Of a stretch of 64,000 nt of DNA, positions 1-9,795 are shown piece by piece; the stretch's first letter is position 1; every line of letters starts with the position of its first letter. Under the pieces are notes generated by a model. It ran no database searches, was not told the origin of the DNA, and was given only the letters and a program-made list of their open reading frames with translations. This stretch comes from Candidatus Uhrbacteria bacterium (GTDB lineage Bacteria > Patescibacteriota > Patescibacteriia > UBA9934), in NCBI GenBank assembly GCA_018673485.1, contig JABHCP010000012.1:30393-94392 (forward strand), in the 5' to 3' direction. Both the position numbers and the translations under genes were made by a program.

Positions 1-465
1 AAGGGTGATGAGAATTTGAGTTATACAATCGTGGGTGATGGAATGATGAAGCCTGCGATTCTTAATTTTATCAAAGAACATAGCTTGGAAGATCGAGTCG
101 AGCTTTTATCAGCTGTACCTGATCGCAAGTTGCCGGACCTGTATTCAAAGTCAGATATTTTTGTAATGCCAACTACTAAGTCAGAAGGGGACAGGGAGGG
201 ATTTGGAATAGTGTACATTGAGGCTCAGCTTTTTGGTATTCCAGTTATCGCAACCAGTCATCCTGGAGTTGATGAGGCGATAAGAGATAGGGAGACGGGA
301 TATCTTATTGATGGCTCACAAGATGAGCTTAAGATGGCGATTGAAAATCTGAAGAATTCTGAAGTTCGAAAGAGGATGGGTGCGGCTGGATCAGAATTTA
401 TTAAGTCTAGCTTTATGCGAGAAAAACAATTCAAGAAATTTTATAAGATTTTAGATTGTGAATAA
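1..465 (+). CDS. GT4 glycosyltransferase (5'-partial)
   Basis: EGFGIVYIEA (EX7E) motif, DIFVMP, ETGYL; no clear start, probably begins upstream of the window. Confidence 0.9.
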   Translation, partial: KGDENLSYTIVGDGMMKPAILNFIKEHSLEDRVELLSAVPDRKLPDLYSKSDIFVMPTTKSEGDREGFGIVYIEAQLFGIPVIATSHPGVDEAIRDRETGYLIDGSQDELKMAIENLKNSEVRKRMGAAGSEFIKSSFMREKQFKKFYKILDCE

Positions 466-1177
466 GCCACTCATTTCAGTCGTAATCCCAACGTACCAGC
501 ATGCAAGTACTCTGACGGAGTGTTTGGATTCGGTTTTAGCGCAAACCTATAAAAATATTGAGATTATTGTCGTTGACGACGGGTCAACTGATAATACGCA
601 GGAAGTACTGGCAAAGTTTAAAGATCGAGTTTCGATAATTAAACAGGAGAATCAGGGGTCAAACCTAGCGCGAAATCGAGGATGGAAAGAAGCAAAGGGT
701 GAGTATTTAATTTTTTGTGACGCTGACGTGATTATGGACTCAAGGATGTTGGAGAAGCTTCACGGTGCATTGCAGTCAAACGTAAATGCTAGCTTTGCAT
801 ATTCTTCATTTAAGTTTGGGTGGAAATCATTTAAAGGTGTTGAGTTTGATTCTGAGTTTTTAAAGAAGCGAAATTTTATTCACACATCAGCTTTAGTGCG
901 GGCAAAGGACTTTCCGGGATTTGATCCAGAGATTAAACGTCTGCAAGATTGGGATGTATGGCTTACGATGTCGCAGCGTGGATTGAGTGGTGTGTTAGTT
1001 GATGAGGTTTTATTTTCTGTGCAGATTAGTGGCGAGTCAAGAATTGGCTCATCGTGGTTGCCGTCGTTTCTATATAAAATTCCATGGCCTATTTTGGGGT
1101 GGACACCAAGGAGGATTAGAAAGTATGAAGATGCTCAAAGAATTATTTGCAAAAAACACATGATATGCGAGAAATAG
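458..1177 (+). CDS. GT2 glycosyltransferase
   Basis: ISVVIPTY, IVVDDGSTD, ARNRG, DAD motifs. Confidence 0.92.
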   Translation: MNKPLISVVIPTYQHASTLTECLDSVLAQTYKNIEIIVVDDGSTDNTQEVLAKFKDRVSIIKQENQGSNLARNRGWKEAKGEYLIFCDADVIMDSRMLEKLHGALQSNVNASFAYSSFKFGWKSFKGVEFDSEFLKKRNFIHTSALVRAKDFPGFDPEIKRLQDWDVWLTMSQRGLSGVLVDEVLFSVQISGESRIGSSWLPSFLYKIPWPILGWTPRRIRKYEDAQRIICKKHMICEK

Positions 1178-2022
1178 ATGTATCAATTGTTGTAGTGACT
1201 TATAAAGAGAATTTGGATGTTCTCAAGGCTTGTTTTGATTCTGTTAAAAAGTCAGAAGGGGTAAGCTACGAATTGATAGCGGTCGACAACGGGCAAAGCG
1301 ATGCGACGCGTGGACTTTTGCAATCATATGAACATGCCACATACCTGCGCAACAAAGGGAACTTAGGATTCGCTGCTGCAGTGAATAGAGGTATGTCGAT
1401 TGCGCGTGGTAGATATGTTTTGCTTTTGAATCCCGATGCGCGATTCAAGCCAGACGTTTTAATTAAGATGTTGGAAAGACTCGATAAAGATACAGGTGTT
1501 GGAGTAGGAAGTTGCGTGATTAAATATCCAGACGGAACGTTGCAAGAGAGTATTCGCAGGTTTCCAAAATTTTTGGATCAGCTTTTAGTGATGCTCAAGG
1601 TTCCACATTTTGTGAAAAAGTGCCGCCCCATTGATAAATACATGATGCGTGATAAGGATCCGTATGAAACTCAAGATGTCGACTCAATTATGGGTGCTTT
1701 CATGTTTATTCGGCGTGAGGTTATTAACCAAATTGGATATCTTGATGAACGCTTTTTTATTTGGTTTGAAGAGGTCGATTATTGCAAAATGGTGCACGAC
1801 AAAGGTTGGAAGATCAGGCATTATGCTGATCTAGAGATCGAGCATCACAAGGGGCACATGTTCGATAAGCTCGCCACGATTCAAAAGCAAAAGTGGATTC
1901 GCCAGAGCATGCGAAAGTATATCAGGAAGCACGAAGGATGGTTCGCGTGGTTCGTGCTTTGGACTCTGGCACCTGTATTTATCAGCCTTGGATACCTGGC
2001 CGCGTTTATTAAGAGAAAATAA
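1165..2022 (+). CDS. GT2 glycosyltransferase (rhamnosyltransferase-like)
   Basis: VDNG, NLGFAAAVNRG, LLNPD, DERFFIWFEEVD; likely ATG at 1165. Confidence 0.9.
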   Translation: MREIDVSIVVVTYKENLDVLKACFDSVKKSEGVSYELIAVDNGQSDATRGLLQSYEHATYLRNKGNLGFAAAVNRGMSIARGRYVLLLNPDARFKPDVLIKMLERLDKDTGVGVGSCVIKYPDGTLQESIRRFPKFLDQLLVMLKVPHFVKKCRPIDKYMMRDKDPYETQDVDSIMGAFMFIRREVINQIGYLDERFFIWFEEVDYCKMVHDKGWKIRHYADLEIEHHKGHMFDKLATIQKQKWIRQSMRKYIRKHEGWFAWFVLWTLAPVFISLGYLAAFIKRK

Positions 2023-2061
2023 TTTTTCACATTTGTCCCGATCGGGACAAATGTGAAAAAT
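2022..2061. repeat. Perfect 40-bp loop-less palindrome centred on CGATCG
   Basis: ATTTTTCACATTTGTCCCGA|TCGGGACAAATGTGAAAAAT. Confidence 0.9.
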
Positions 2062-3682
2062 GAATAATATGAATATTAAAAAACAATTCGTAGGTGACGC
2101 AATGTGGATTGCATTGAGTTTAATGGGCATCATGCACGCACTTGCATTTTTTGTGCGTGATACTGGATTCGAGTTGCCGATATTTATTATATTCGGCATT
2201 TTTGTTTTGATAGTTTCCTGGCGATCGCAGTTGAATGGATTACTGATCGCGTTTGCTGAGATCTTTGTAGGTGGTCACGGACATTTGTTAGACATCGAGG
2301 TCCTCGGATTTTCATTATCGATTCGAATGTTAATCTTCGCGATCGTGATGACTGTGTGGTTGATTAAATACGCTCGGATCCCCCTACTTTTCAAGGAGGG
2401 GCCAGGGGTGGTTATTTCTCGTATGATTTTTGTCCGTGATTTACCTTGGCTGGTGCTGATCGTGGCTGTAGCTGTCGGAACACTGATCGGTTTTCTACAA
2501 AATGATCCATCTGCGGCATTCGACGATATGAATGGATATGTGGTGATCGGATATTTATTACCCATACTGACTATCAAGTGGGGTCAAGAAAACAAGAGAA
2601 AGTTACTCCAAGTTTTATTTGCGTCGGTTGTATGGATTATGGGATTCACGGTTGCACTCGCATATGCATTTACTCACATCGACGGTGACAACCTGCACAA
2701 TCTTTACACATTCGTTCGCGATTCAAGATTGGCCGAGGTCACGTTGCAGGTTATTGGATCGGACGTTCCATTTTTGAATCGATTTGAGGGTGATTATTGG
2801 TATCGAATTTTCATGCCAACGCAGACCATTGTCATGTTCGGAATGTTGTTGATGTATGCCTCGGCAATGTATCTCTGGCGAAAAAGCAAAAGCCCGTGGT
2901 TCATGTGGGTTATGTTTGGACTTTCAATTTTGACCATCATATTAAGTTTGTCGCGTAGTTTTATTTTGGGTGCAGTCGCTGGCGGTTTGATTATATTTAT
3001 AACAGCTTGGATGTTTGGAAAGGGGAAGTGGTCGATTGTTGTCAGGACTCTTGGTTCTGTTGTGGTTTCGATCTTCGCGGTCTTGTCGATCATTGCGATT
3101 GTGCAAGTTCCAATACCGCAAAGACCCGACTTGAGTGATGCTGCGTTTTTTGAAACGTCATCAGACACAGGGCGATCCGAGGCGGTAGTAAGTCGCTGGA
3201 ATCTCCTTGATCCGATGATGGATGAGATAATTGAAAGCCCGATTATTGGATCGGGGTTTGGTAAAGAGGTAACGTATACATCAGAAGATCCTAGGATAAT
3301 ATCTGAGCTTGGAAATCAGGGATATACAACTTATAGATTCGAATGGGGATGGCATGATATTTGGCTTAAAATGGGTCTATTAGGGCTTGCGGGCTTCATT
3401 TGGTACATTGTGTCGATTGTGCGTGTTGGGTGGTTTACAATGCAGTCCAAGGGCCACAAATGGCTAGTTATTGGATTGGTCGCCGGGATTGTTGGGCTTT
3501 TCGTAACGCACACGTTCTCACCATATCTAAATCACCCAATCGGACTAAGTCTGATGCTATTTATCATTCCGTTTATTGATTGGGATGGGTTCGCAAAGAA
3601 GCGTAAGGAGGCGTATATAGAGGTTAGAAAAAAGAAACTGATGAAACGACCAGCGACAGTAGTTGCATCAAATATTAAATAA
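2060..3682 (+). CDS. O-antigen ligase/polymerase family membrane protein
   Basis: Many TM segments, SLSRS, SRW...PIIGSGFG, HDIWLKMGLLG; follows GT genes. Confidence 0.8.
   Translation: MNNMNIKKQFVGDAMWIALSLMGIMHALAFFVRDTGFELPIFIIFGIFVLIVSWRSQLNGLLIAFAEIFVGGHGHLLDIEVLGFSLSIRMLIFAIVMTVWLIKYARIPLLFKEGPGVVISRMIFVRDLPWLVLIVAVAVGTLIGFLQNDPSAAFDDMNGYVVIGYLLPILTIKWGQENKRKLLQVLFASVVWIMGFTVALAYAFTHIDGDNLHNLYTFVRDSRLAEVTLQVIGSDVPFLNRFEGDYWYRIFMPTQTIVMFGMLLMYASAMYLWRKSKSPWFMWVMFGLSILTIILSLSRSFILGAVAGGLIIFITAWMFGKGKWSIVVRTLGSVVVSIFAVLSIIAIVQVPIPQRPDLSDAAFFETSSDTGRSEAVVSRWNLLDPMMDEIIESPIIGSGFGKEVTYTSEDPRIISELGNQGYTTYRFEWGWHDIWLKMGLLGLAGFIWYIVSIVRVGWFTMQSKGHKWLVIGLVAGIVGLFVTHTFSPYLNHPIGLSLMLFIIPFIDWDGFAKKRKEAYIEVRKKKLMKRPATVVASNIK
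2378..2415 (-). repeat. Family-A REP-like element in-frame within O-antigen ligase (IPLLFKEGPGVVI)
   Basis: 34/38 identical to intergenic copy 53982-54019. Confidence 0.85.
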
Positions 3683-3684
3683 AT

Positions 3685-3712
3685 AAAAAGCCAGCTGTTA
3701 ATGCTGGTTTTT
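3685..3712 (+). terminator. Intrinsic terminator
   Basis: AAAAAGCCAGC-TGTTAAT-GCTGGTTTTT after stop. Confidence 0.75.
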
Positions 3713-3854
3713 GCAAAAAGAAACACCCCAACTAGGTGGGGCGTAACGAATGATGTGTGGGCCGCTAGTGGCCACGACTGCTACCGATTCAACGAATTGA
3801 TATCAGCGCTAGTTCACATCGGTCCAAATTTCAGTCTAGGTGACAGGCAGGCCG

Positions 3855-4457
3855 CTAGTGGCCACAGTTCCCATCTGAACCCCGATGTTGTTGGGGTCCA
3901 CAGCGGTAGTTTCCGCTGCTTTCTTGGATTTCTTCAGTCGGATCCGGTTGGACCGACGTGACTTCAAATCCGTAGTGGCTTACCTCTACCAACCTCTTGC
4001 CGCGCCGTTTTTGCCATACGTGCCAGCGGTGAAAGTGGTGCAGGTCTTCTGGATTGTTCATCCAGATGGTGAAGTACCGAATTACCTCTTCGAGGATTTG
4101 TTCCTCATCGAGCTTTTTCGGACTCCAGAACACTAGCAGTAGTTCTCTGCCGGGCGTTCCATTGATCTCGAATGGTCCGAGATCCAGGGTCTCGAGAATT
4201 CCATTCTTCTCTGCTTGGGCGAGGACTGATATTCTCCCATCAGGTCCGCATGTGTAGAGGTAGACCCAACGCTCACTCCTCTTCGAGGACGACACGTGCA
4301 AGGTGAGATCATCTCCCATGACGAGTTGTTCATCGAAATGGAAAGTCAGCCGTTGCTCACCTCGAGTGATTGTACCGGAGACACCAGCAGCGTTTGCTGG
4401 TCTCAAGGGCAGGGCCAGGGTGAGTAGGGCGACGAGCAGGGCGAGGGTGCGCTTCAT
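3855..4457 (-). CDS. Secreted protein, DUF4384-like
   Basis: Signal peptide MKRTLALLVALL..ANA from ATG 4457; GDDLTLHV..VYLY..PDG..GTPGRELLLVFWS pattern; GC-rich. Confidence 0.65.
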   Translation of the reverse strand: MKRTLALLVALLTLALPLRPANAAGVSGTITRGEQRLTFHFDEQLVMGDDLTLHVSSSKRSERWVYLYTCGPDGRISVLAQAEKNGILETLDLGPFEINGTPGRELLLVFWSPKKLDEEQILEEVIRYFTIWMNNPEDLHHFHRWHVWQKRRGKRLVEVSHYGFEVTSVQPDPTEEIQESSGNYRCGPQQHRGSDGNCGH

Positions 4458-4607
4458 GGGGTCCTTTCTTGCTCTGTTGGACAGGATTGTCCCGACTGCA
4501 TTCCAAATAATTGAATTATTTTGCATTTGAAACACAGGCGGGCAGTCGAAGGCGAATCCTTCGACCACGGAGTGGTCCGTTGGGACCTGATAGAGAAGAC
4601 GGCTACA

Positions 4608-5120
4608 TCAGGGGTTGATCTTGTAGACTAGTCCCCAGAAGCCGTTGGTGCGCACCATACCATTGAGGTGATGCGTCAGTCCGATGTGGCTCGGGTTTGC
4701 GACGTGACAGGTGTTGCTCCTGTACGTCTTGTTTCCTTCGTTGCGCAGGGCGGAGACGTTTGATGTCCCTCGCGCCCAGACCACGTGATCCCAGGTCAGG
4801 TCGTAGGTCTCAGGGACTTCGAACATCGGCTGGGCGGTGTAGAACGGGTACCTTTCCAGCCGTTCACCCTTGACGAGCATCGCTCCACGGATGACGTCTC
4901 GGAAGTTGACCGTTTCGTACACTTCTTCGCTGCCAACGAAGAAGGTGGCCTCTGGGTTTTCTGCGTCGAAGCTCAGCACCATGAAGATGCTGTTGGGAGC
5001 CTCGACTTCTTCCTGCGTGCAGGCCAAGGGGCCGCCGGCGTAGGCCGGGTTGGGGTTGGACACCGCGAATGCGGCCATGATGGCCAAGATCGCGAGGACG
5101 ACAGCGTTGGTGCGCTTCAT
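4608..5120 (-). CDS. Hypothetical secreted protein (GC-rich)
   Basis: Signal peptide ending AYA; GGAAGG SD-like; own promoter. Confidence 0.7.
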   Translation of the reverse strand: MKRTNAVVLAILAIMAAFAVSNPNPAYAGGPLACTQEEVEAPNSIFMVLSFDAENPEATFFVGSEEVYETVNFRDVIRGAMLVKGERLERYPFYTAQPMFEVPETYDLTWDHVVWARGTSNVSALRNEGNKTYRSNTCHVANPSHIGLTHHLNGMVRTNGFWGLVYKINP

Positions 5121-5212
5121 CGTAACGCCTTCCGACGGAGGGGTCCGTCTTTGCGGGAATTAATCATCCCACCTGTATTTCAAAATAAATTGTTAAAGAA
5201 AGAGAACGAAAA

Positions 5213-5241
5213 AGAATAGCATAAAAATGCAATTCTGTCAA
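5213..5241 (-). promoter_or_regulatory. sigma70 promoter followed by boxA-like TTCTTTAACAA (5190-5200)
   Basis: TTGACA-17-TATTCT with extended TG. Confidence 0.7.
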
Positions 5242-5257
5242 TAGTAATGCGCTAGTT

Positions 5258-6196
5258 TTAGCCTAATATAGTGTTGTTGAGATCCTTATGACCCTGAATG
5301 AACGCTGTAGCTGACATCTTTGAACTATTTTGTGGTTGAAGTTCAAGCACTTCAATTACCTTTGTTTTAGTCCCAATGAATAATCGGTTTTCTTCGATTT
5401 GTGCAAGTCCTGGTGCTAAGCTCTTGTCTGAGATTTGCAGGTCATGAATCTTGATAGTTGTTTTGGTCTCATTGCGCTTCCAGATTGTGAAAACCCCTGG
5501 CCATTCGATTAAAGCTCGGAATTGTGCGTAGATGGCGTCAGCTGGTTGGTTCCAGTTGATCTTGCCATCAGCCTTAGTTAGCATTTTGCAAAATGTTGCT
5601 TGTTCGTGATCTTGTTCTTGCGGCTTAACTTTATCGGCTACATATTTCTTTATCGTATCGATAAGTAGCGGCGCTCCTGTCTTTGCAGCTTTTGCACGCA
5701 GGCTTGTTGATGTTTCATCGTTGCCGATTTTCATTTTTTGTTGCGACAGAATAGGTCCATGGTCCATCTTGTCATCAACTAGCATGATCGAGACCGCTGT
5801 CTCGGATTCTTCGTTTAGTATTGTAGATTGAATTGGTGATGGTCCACGATATTTTGGAAGTAGGGAAGGGTGAACATTTACTGTGCCAAGTTTTGGAATA
5901 TCTAAAACTTCTTGTGGAATGATTTTCCCGTAAGCGATAATTACAAATAGATCAGCTTCGAGCTTCTTGAGTTCTTCAGCGATATTGGATGTTCGAAGAT
6001 TGTCAGGTTGAAAAACTGCAATGTCATTCTCTTGAGAGAAAATTTTTGTCTCAGGTGCTGTCAAAATCTTTTTTCGCCCAACAGGTTTGTCTGGTTGGCA
6101 AACTACTCCTTTAATCGAAAATACCTCATCAGCATGTAATGTAGCGAGGAATTCTTTTGCAAATTCAGGCGTTCCAAAAAAGACTGTTTTGATCAT
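5258..6196 (-). CDS. fmt: Methionyl-tRNA formyltransferase
   Basis: FFGTPEFA, QPDKPVGR, NVHPSLLPKYRGPSPI, MDHGP. Confidence 0.97.
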   Translation of the reverse strand: MIKTVFFGTPEFAKEFLATLHADEVFSIKGVVCQPDKPVGRKKILTAPETKIFSQENDIAVFQPDNLRTSNIAEELKKLEADLFVIIAYGKIIPQEVLDIPKLGTVNVHPSLLPKYRGPSPIQSTILNEESETAVSIMLVDDKMDHGPILSQQKMKIGNDETSTSLRAKAAKTGAPLLIDTIKKYVADKVKPQEQDHEQATFCKMLTKADGKINWNQPADAIYAQFRALIEWPGVFTIWKRNETKTTIKIHDLQISDKSLAPGLAQIEENRLFIGTKTKVIEVLELQPQNSSKMSATAFIQGHKDLNNTILG

Positions 6197-6272
6197 ATTA
6201 ATTTCGATATTAGCAGATTTTTTGATAAGATTCAATGGTTAAGATCGATATTAAACATTTATATAAAGGTGT

Positions 6273-6809
6273 ATGGAGATCATTGTCTGCACAGAGAACA
6301 GGGCAAAAGTTCAAGCTATAACGGAAGTTTTTAGCAACTTGCACCCTGAGGCGAATATTATCAGTAAAAGCTTTTCGTCAGATATTTCCGATCAACCAAT
6401 GAGTGAAGAGGAAGGGCTCGACGGTGCTATAAATCGTGCGAATAATGCCAGACGGGAATATTTAGAAGCACATTATTGCATTGGCATGGAAGGGTTTGTT
6501 GATGTTAATAAATTCGGTATGTTCCTCGCTGGCGCTGTGGCGATTATTGATCAGCAGGGTATAATTGGCTTAGGGACGAGCGCTAAAGTTCTGTTGCCTA
6601 AGTTTATTGCAAAAGAAATTGAGGCTGGTGTCGAGTTGGGCCCACTTGTAAAAGACTTAATGGATGATGTAAAAGGTGAAATTCGTCATAGTGCAGGTAC
6701 GACAGGTGTTTTAACAAAGGGTCTTTATAATCGTGTTGATGAATTTAAGGATGCAACAAAGTGCGCATTGGCAAGATTTCAGTCACCTAAACTTTTTGAG
6801 ATTCAATAA
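6273..6809 (-). CDS. yjjX: Inosine/xanthosine triphosphatase (YjjX/DUF84)
   Basis: TENRAKVQA, SDQPM..E..GAINRA, GMEG, ELG, GVLTKG. Confidence 0.85.
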
Positions 6810-7016
6810 TTCTGAAATTATTGTTTTGATCCTTGCTGAGGTTAGCGCTAACTTATATCAGGGTATGTAAGTATTTGACTTACTCAATATATCTGCTAGA
6901 CTTATTTTAGATAGATAAATATGTTTATAAATATAGCAAATAGTCAGGGATGGCGATGGAATTGCAAAGAAACTGCATGACCATTGTTTTGTTTGTAAAT
7001 TTTTAATAAAAAAATT

Positions 7017-7048
7017 AAAACTCCACCTGGTCAGCAGGTGGAGTTTTT
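7017..7048. terminator. Bidirectional terminator
   Basis: AAAACTCCACCTG-GTCAG-CAGGTGGAGTTTTT. Confidence 0.75.
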
Positions 7049-7156
7049 GTTTTGACGCTTGTTTCTTGTGACGTAATAATCGCCAGCACAAAACTTCTAT
7101 CATATTTGTAAATGAGGTGCGCTGGACTCATTTATAAAAACAAAAGGAGACTCGTC

Positions 7157-7369
7157 ATGAGTAATTCTTGTACCCATAAGTGGGAATATGTTGGAAGAAT
7201 ACCTGGATATTGGTGTTCTCGTGATCTGTATTGCTGCATTCATTGTGGCCATACCTGCAGAGGATCAGAATTCGATGCATTTGGATATGCATGCGGCACT
7301 GCAGGAAAACCTGAAGCTGGTGAGGGTGGCAATGAAGCTGCAACCTCTGATAAAGAGAGCAGAGATTAG
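7157..7369 (+). CDS. Small Cys/His-rich (zinc-ribbon-like) protein, 70 aa
   Basis: AAGGAG SD, TTGACG-17-AATAAT upstream, terminator ~7402-7438; CTHKW...CIHCG. Confidence 0.6.
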   Translation: MSNSCTHKWEYVGRIPGYWCSRDLYCCIHCGHTCRGSEFDAFGYACGTAGKPEAGEGGNEAATSDKESRD

Positions 7370-7448
7370 ATATACGTCTTTACGTTAGGCGTATCTCAAA
7401 ACCCCGTGTCAATTGAATTGACACGGGGCTATTTTTTTCAAAATTGAA

Positions 7449-7913
7449 TTATTCTATCGGCATTATTTTCTGCGCACGGTCAGTGAATAGGATTCCGTCG
7501 AGGTGATCGATTTCGTGTTGGAAGATGATTGCGTCGAATGTGTCGGTTTCGATAGTCATATCTTCTCCGTTTCGATCGAGTGCTTTTAGTGTGATCGCCC
7601 TAGGTCTTTGCACGATTCCAGTCAAAGTTGGGACAGAGAGGCAACCTTCTTCATTCTTTACTTTTCTAAGTGATCGCTTGGTAATCTCGGGATTTGCAAA
7701 AATCTCGGGGACCCCATCTCTTGTTACAGCAATTATTCGCCAGTGCTTACCTATTTGAGGTGCAGCTAGACCGATACCACATTCTACCTGCATGGTTTCA
7801 ATCATGGTATCGCAAAATTCCTGAATCTCTTTGGATTGCAGTTGTTCTTTTGTGATTTCTTTTGATCGTTCCTTTAGAAACGGATCAGGAGTTGTTATAA
7901 CTGGAAGTATCAT
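7449..7913 (-). CDS. def: Peptide deformylase
   Basis: GIGLAAPQIG, EGCLS, QHEIDHLDG. Confidence 0.97.
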   Translation of the reverse strand: MILPVITTPDPFLKERSKEITKEQLQSKEIQEFCDTMIETMQVECGIGLAAPQIGKHWRIIAVTRDGVPEIFANPEITKRSLRKVKNEEGCLSVPTLTGIVQRPRAITLKALDRNGEDMTIETDTFDAIIFQHEIDHLDGILFTDRAQKIMPIE

Positions 7914-7940
7914 AGTGATTGGTAGGAAGTTCAAAGTGGC

Positions 7941-8036
7941 TTAGAAGATCTCTCGTGGGACTCGAGATGGGGGCGGAGGTATGGTCGAGATGGTGATTGA
8001 CATTATCCATTTCGATGCATCAGAGAAATCTTCTAA
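7941..8036. repeat. Family-B REP-like inverted pair (AGATCTCTC..TCGAGATGG / CCATTTCGA..GAGAAATCT)
   Basis: Also at ~22288-22314 (half), 26388-26474, 26901-26970, 58078-58151; here it overlaps the priA TAG. Confidence 0.85.
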
Positions 8037-9760
8037 TAATATTTAGAATACTTGCTTAATATTGTAACATTGTCTGGAAGTTCTTTTAATCTTTTCAGGA
8101 TTTCTTTTCTTTGTTTATTGTCTGTTGTTAGTAGAAATGAGCCTTCTTGTTCAATACATTCATCGCGAATGTCACTTGGAACTAAGTCCAATTTCCCTGA
8201 CATGATGAATTGATCAGCGTATGGAGGAAGTTTATATTGTTCTCTTAGTTCATTTTCTTGTTCAAGAAACGATTCCGAATCCAGCATCGGTTTGATAACT
8301 TTCGGCATCCAGGTTTGAATGATGCATTGCGCTTTATGGTGATGTGCCATGTGCATAATTCGATGCAATCGATACGCAGTTGTGATGGAAGATTCGTAAT
8401 TGTCACCTAGTGATTTCTCCGCCATCAGTTCAACTATTAACTCGAATCTATTTTCCGGAAATGGTTTGTAGATACTTTGAAAGTAGTGCTCGGTGACGAT
8501 TGAAACATCGGCGTTCGAATCAGTTGAGTGCTCTTTGTCAATTACTTGAATTTTCGCATTCGTAAATTTCTTTTGCAGATTGTCAGCGATTTTTTTGTTG
8601 CCAATCCCTCGTGTGCTTAGTGTTTTTTTGTTGCATGCCGGGCATGCCTTTGGTATCCACATTTCCGTTGCGCAAACCGGGCATACGAGATCATCCAAAC
8701 GGACATGAGGTTTTGAGCCGCAACTACCGCACATTGGAATGTGGTGACAGGATCGACACTGTAGATGCTTGGCAACACCCTTGCAGTTGTAGGAAATTAG
8801 CACTTTTTTGCCATTTTGTAAAGCATTAGATATGGCATCGAGTGAAGTTTCAGAAATCAGAGGGATGCCAGTTTTTTCCCTTGAGTCAGCTAGGTTGATG
8901 ATTTGAGCCTCGGCTCTCGGAGTTATGTGTATCGGATCATTTGCTTGTTCTAGTCTTGAAAGCGACCCCACGGTAATGATTTGTGCTTTGTGTTGGTCGG
9001 CGAGCAACTCTGCGGCAAGTCGGGCATTGTAACGAGGGTTACGGCTGTAGCTGACATGATCGTCACTTTGCGGGTCGAATACTATGACCGTATCGATTTT
9101 TTTAGCAGGGATGAGTGAACTTTGTTTTGTACCGATTAGAATCTTTAGGTCTCCGCTTTGCCAATTTTCCATTATCCATCTGCGCCTTGCTATTGAAGTA
9201 TGACCGTGTAGCTTTGCGTGAGGTTTAGATAAAAATTGTGAAATAGTTTCAGCGTCATATTCTCGCGGGCATAAAACAAGAACCTGATTCTTGGCTTTTT
9301 TTACAGCCAAGCTCATTGCCACTATTGAACCCTCAAAGCTTGTCTCGATCGAGCCGCGATTGTCGTTAAGGGATGTTCCAATTATCTTTGCAGTTTCTTT
9401 ATCCATCGATCCTGACTTTGAACCTGACCCGTGTTGTGGCGTTGATTTGGAATGCGTGAGGCCTTGCAAGGCACTTGTAAGTACCGTACTAGGGGACTGC
9501 AGTATTTGCTCTGCGATGAGCTCGAGTCGCTTGATGTCACCTGACGTCATGAACTTTGTGTATCGAATGGATTCGATTGTTTGCAATCGCTTAAACTCAG
9601 ATGTATCGGTAATCCCACGAACAATGCCCGCCACCGATCGACCTTTGAGGGGCATATAGACAAGATCGCCGATTTGCACGTTGAGCTCTTCTGAAATTTT
9701 GTAATCAAAAAACGCAAATCTCCTTGGCAATCGCCTTAATGGAATGATTTGCGCGTACAT
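8033..9760 (-). CDS. priA: Primosomal protein N' (PriA), helicase motifs degenerate
   Basis: N-terminal FDY..GDLV.MP..GR..AGIV; four CxxC motifs; RGIG; QTW. Confidence 0.85.
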   Translation of the reverse strand: MYAQIIPLRRLPRRFAFFDYKISEELNVQIGDLVYMPLKGRSVAGIVRGITDTSEFKRLQTIESIRYTKFMTSGDIKRLELIAEQILQSPSTVLTSALQGLTHSKSTPQHGSGSKSGSMDKETAKIIGTSLNDNRGSIETSFEGSIVAMSLAVKKAKNQVLVLCPREYDAETISQFLSKPHAKLHGHTSIARRRWIMENWQSGDLKILIGTKQSSLIPAKKIDTVIVFDPQSDDHVSYSRNPRYNARLAAELLADQHKAQIITVGSLSRLEQANDPIHITPRAEAQIINLADSREKTGIPLISETSLDAISNALQNGKKVLISYNCKGVAKHLQCRSCHHIPMCGSCGSKPHVRLDDLVCPVCATEMWIPKACPACNKKTLSTRGIGNKKIADNLQKKFTNAKIQVIDKEHSTDSNADVSIVTEHYFQSIYKPFPENRFELIVELMAEKSLGDNYESSITTAYRLHRIMHMAHHHKAQCIIQTWMPKVIKPMLDSESFLEQENELREQYKLPPYADQFIMSGKLDLVPSDIRDECIEQEGSFLLTTDNKQRKEILKRLKELPDNVTILSKYSKYY

Positions 9761-9795
9761 ATATTAATAAAAAGTTAAAGGCAGAAAGTTTAAAG

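Noticed and set aside
3760-3865. Mini-CRISPR array or DGR template/variable repeat
   Set aside because: Only two 16-bp repeats with a 74-bp gap; differences include indels and are not adenine-specific; no cas or RT gene in the window
6952-6990. Fluoride riboswitch (GGCGATGG)
   Set aside because: Lacks the pairing CGCC and the downstream conserved segment; no crcB-type gene
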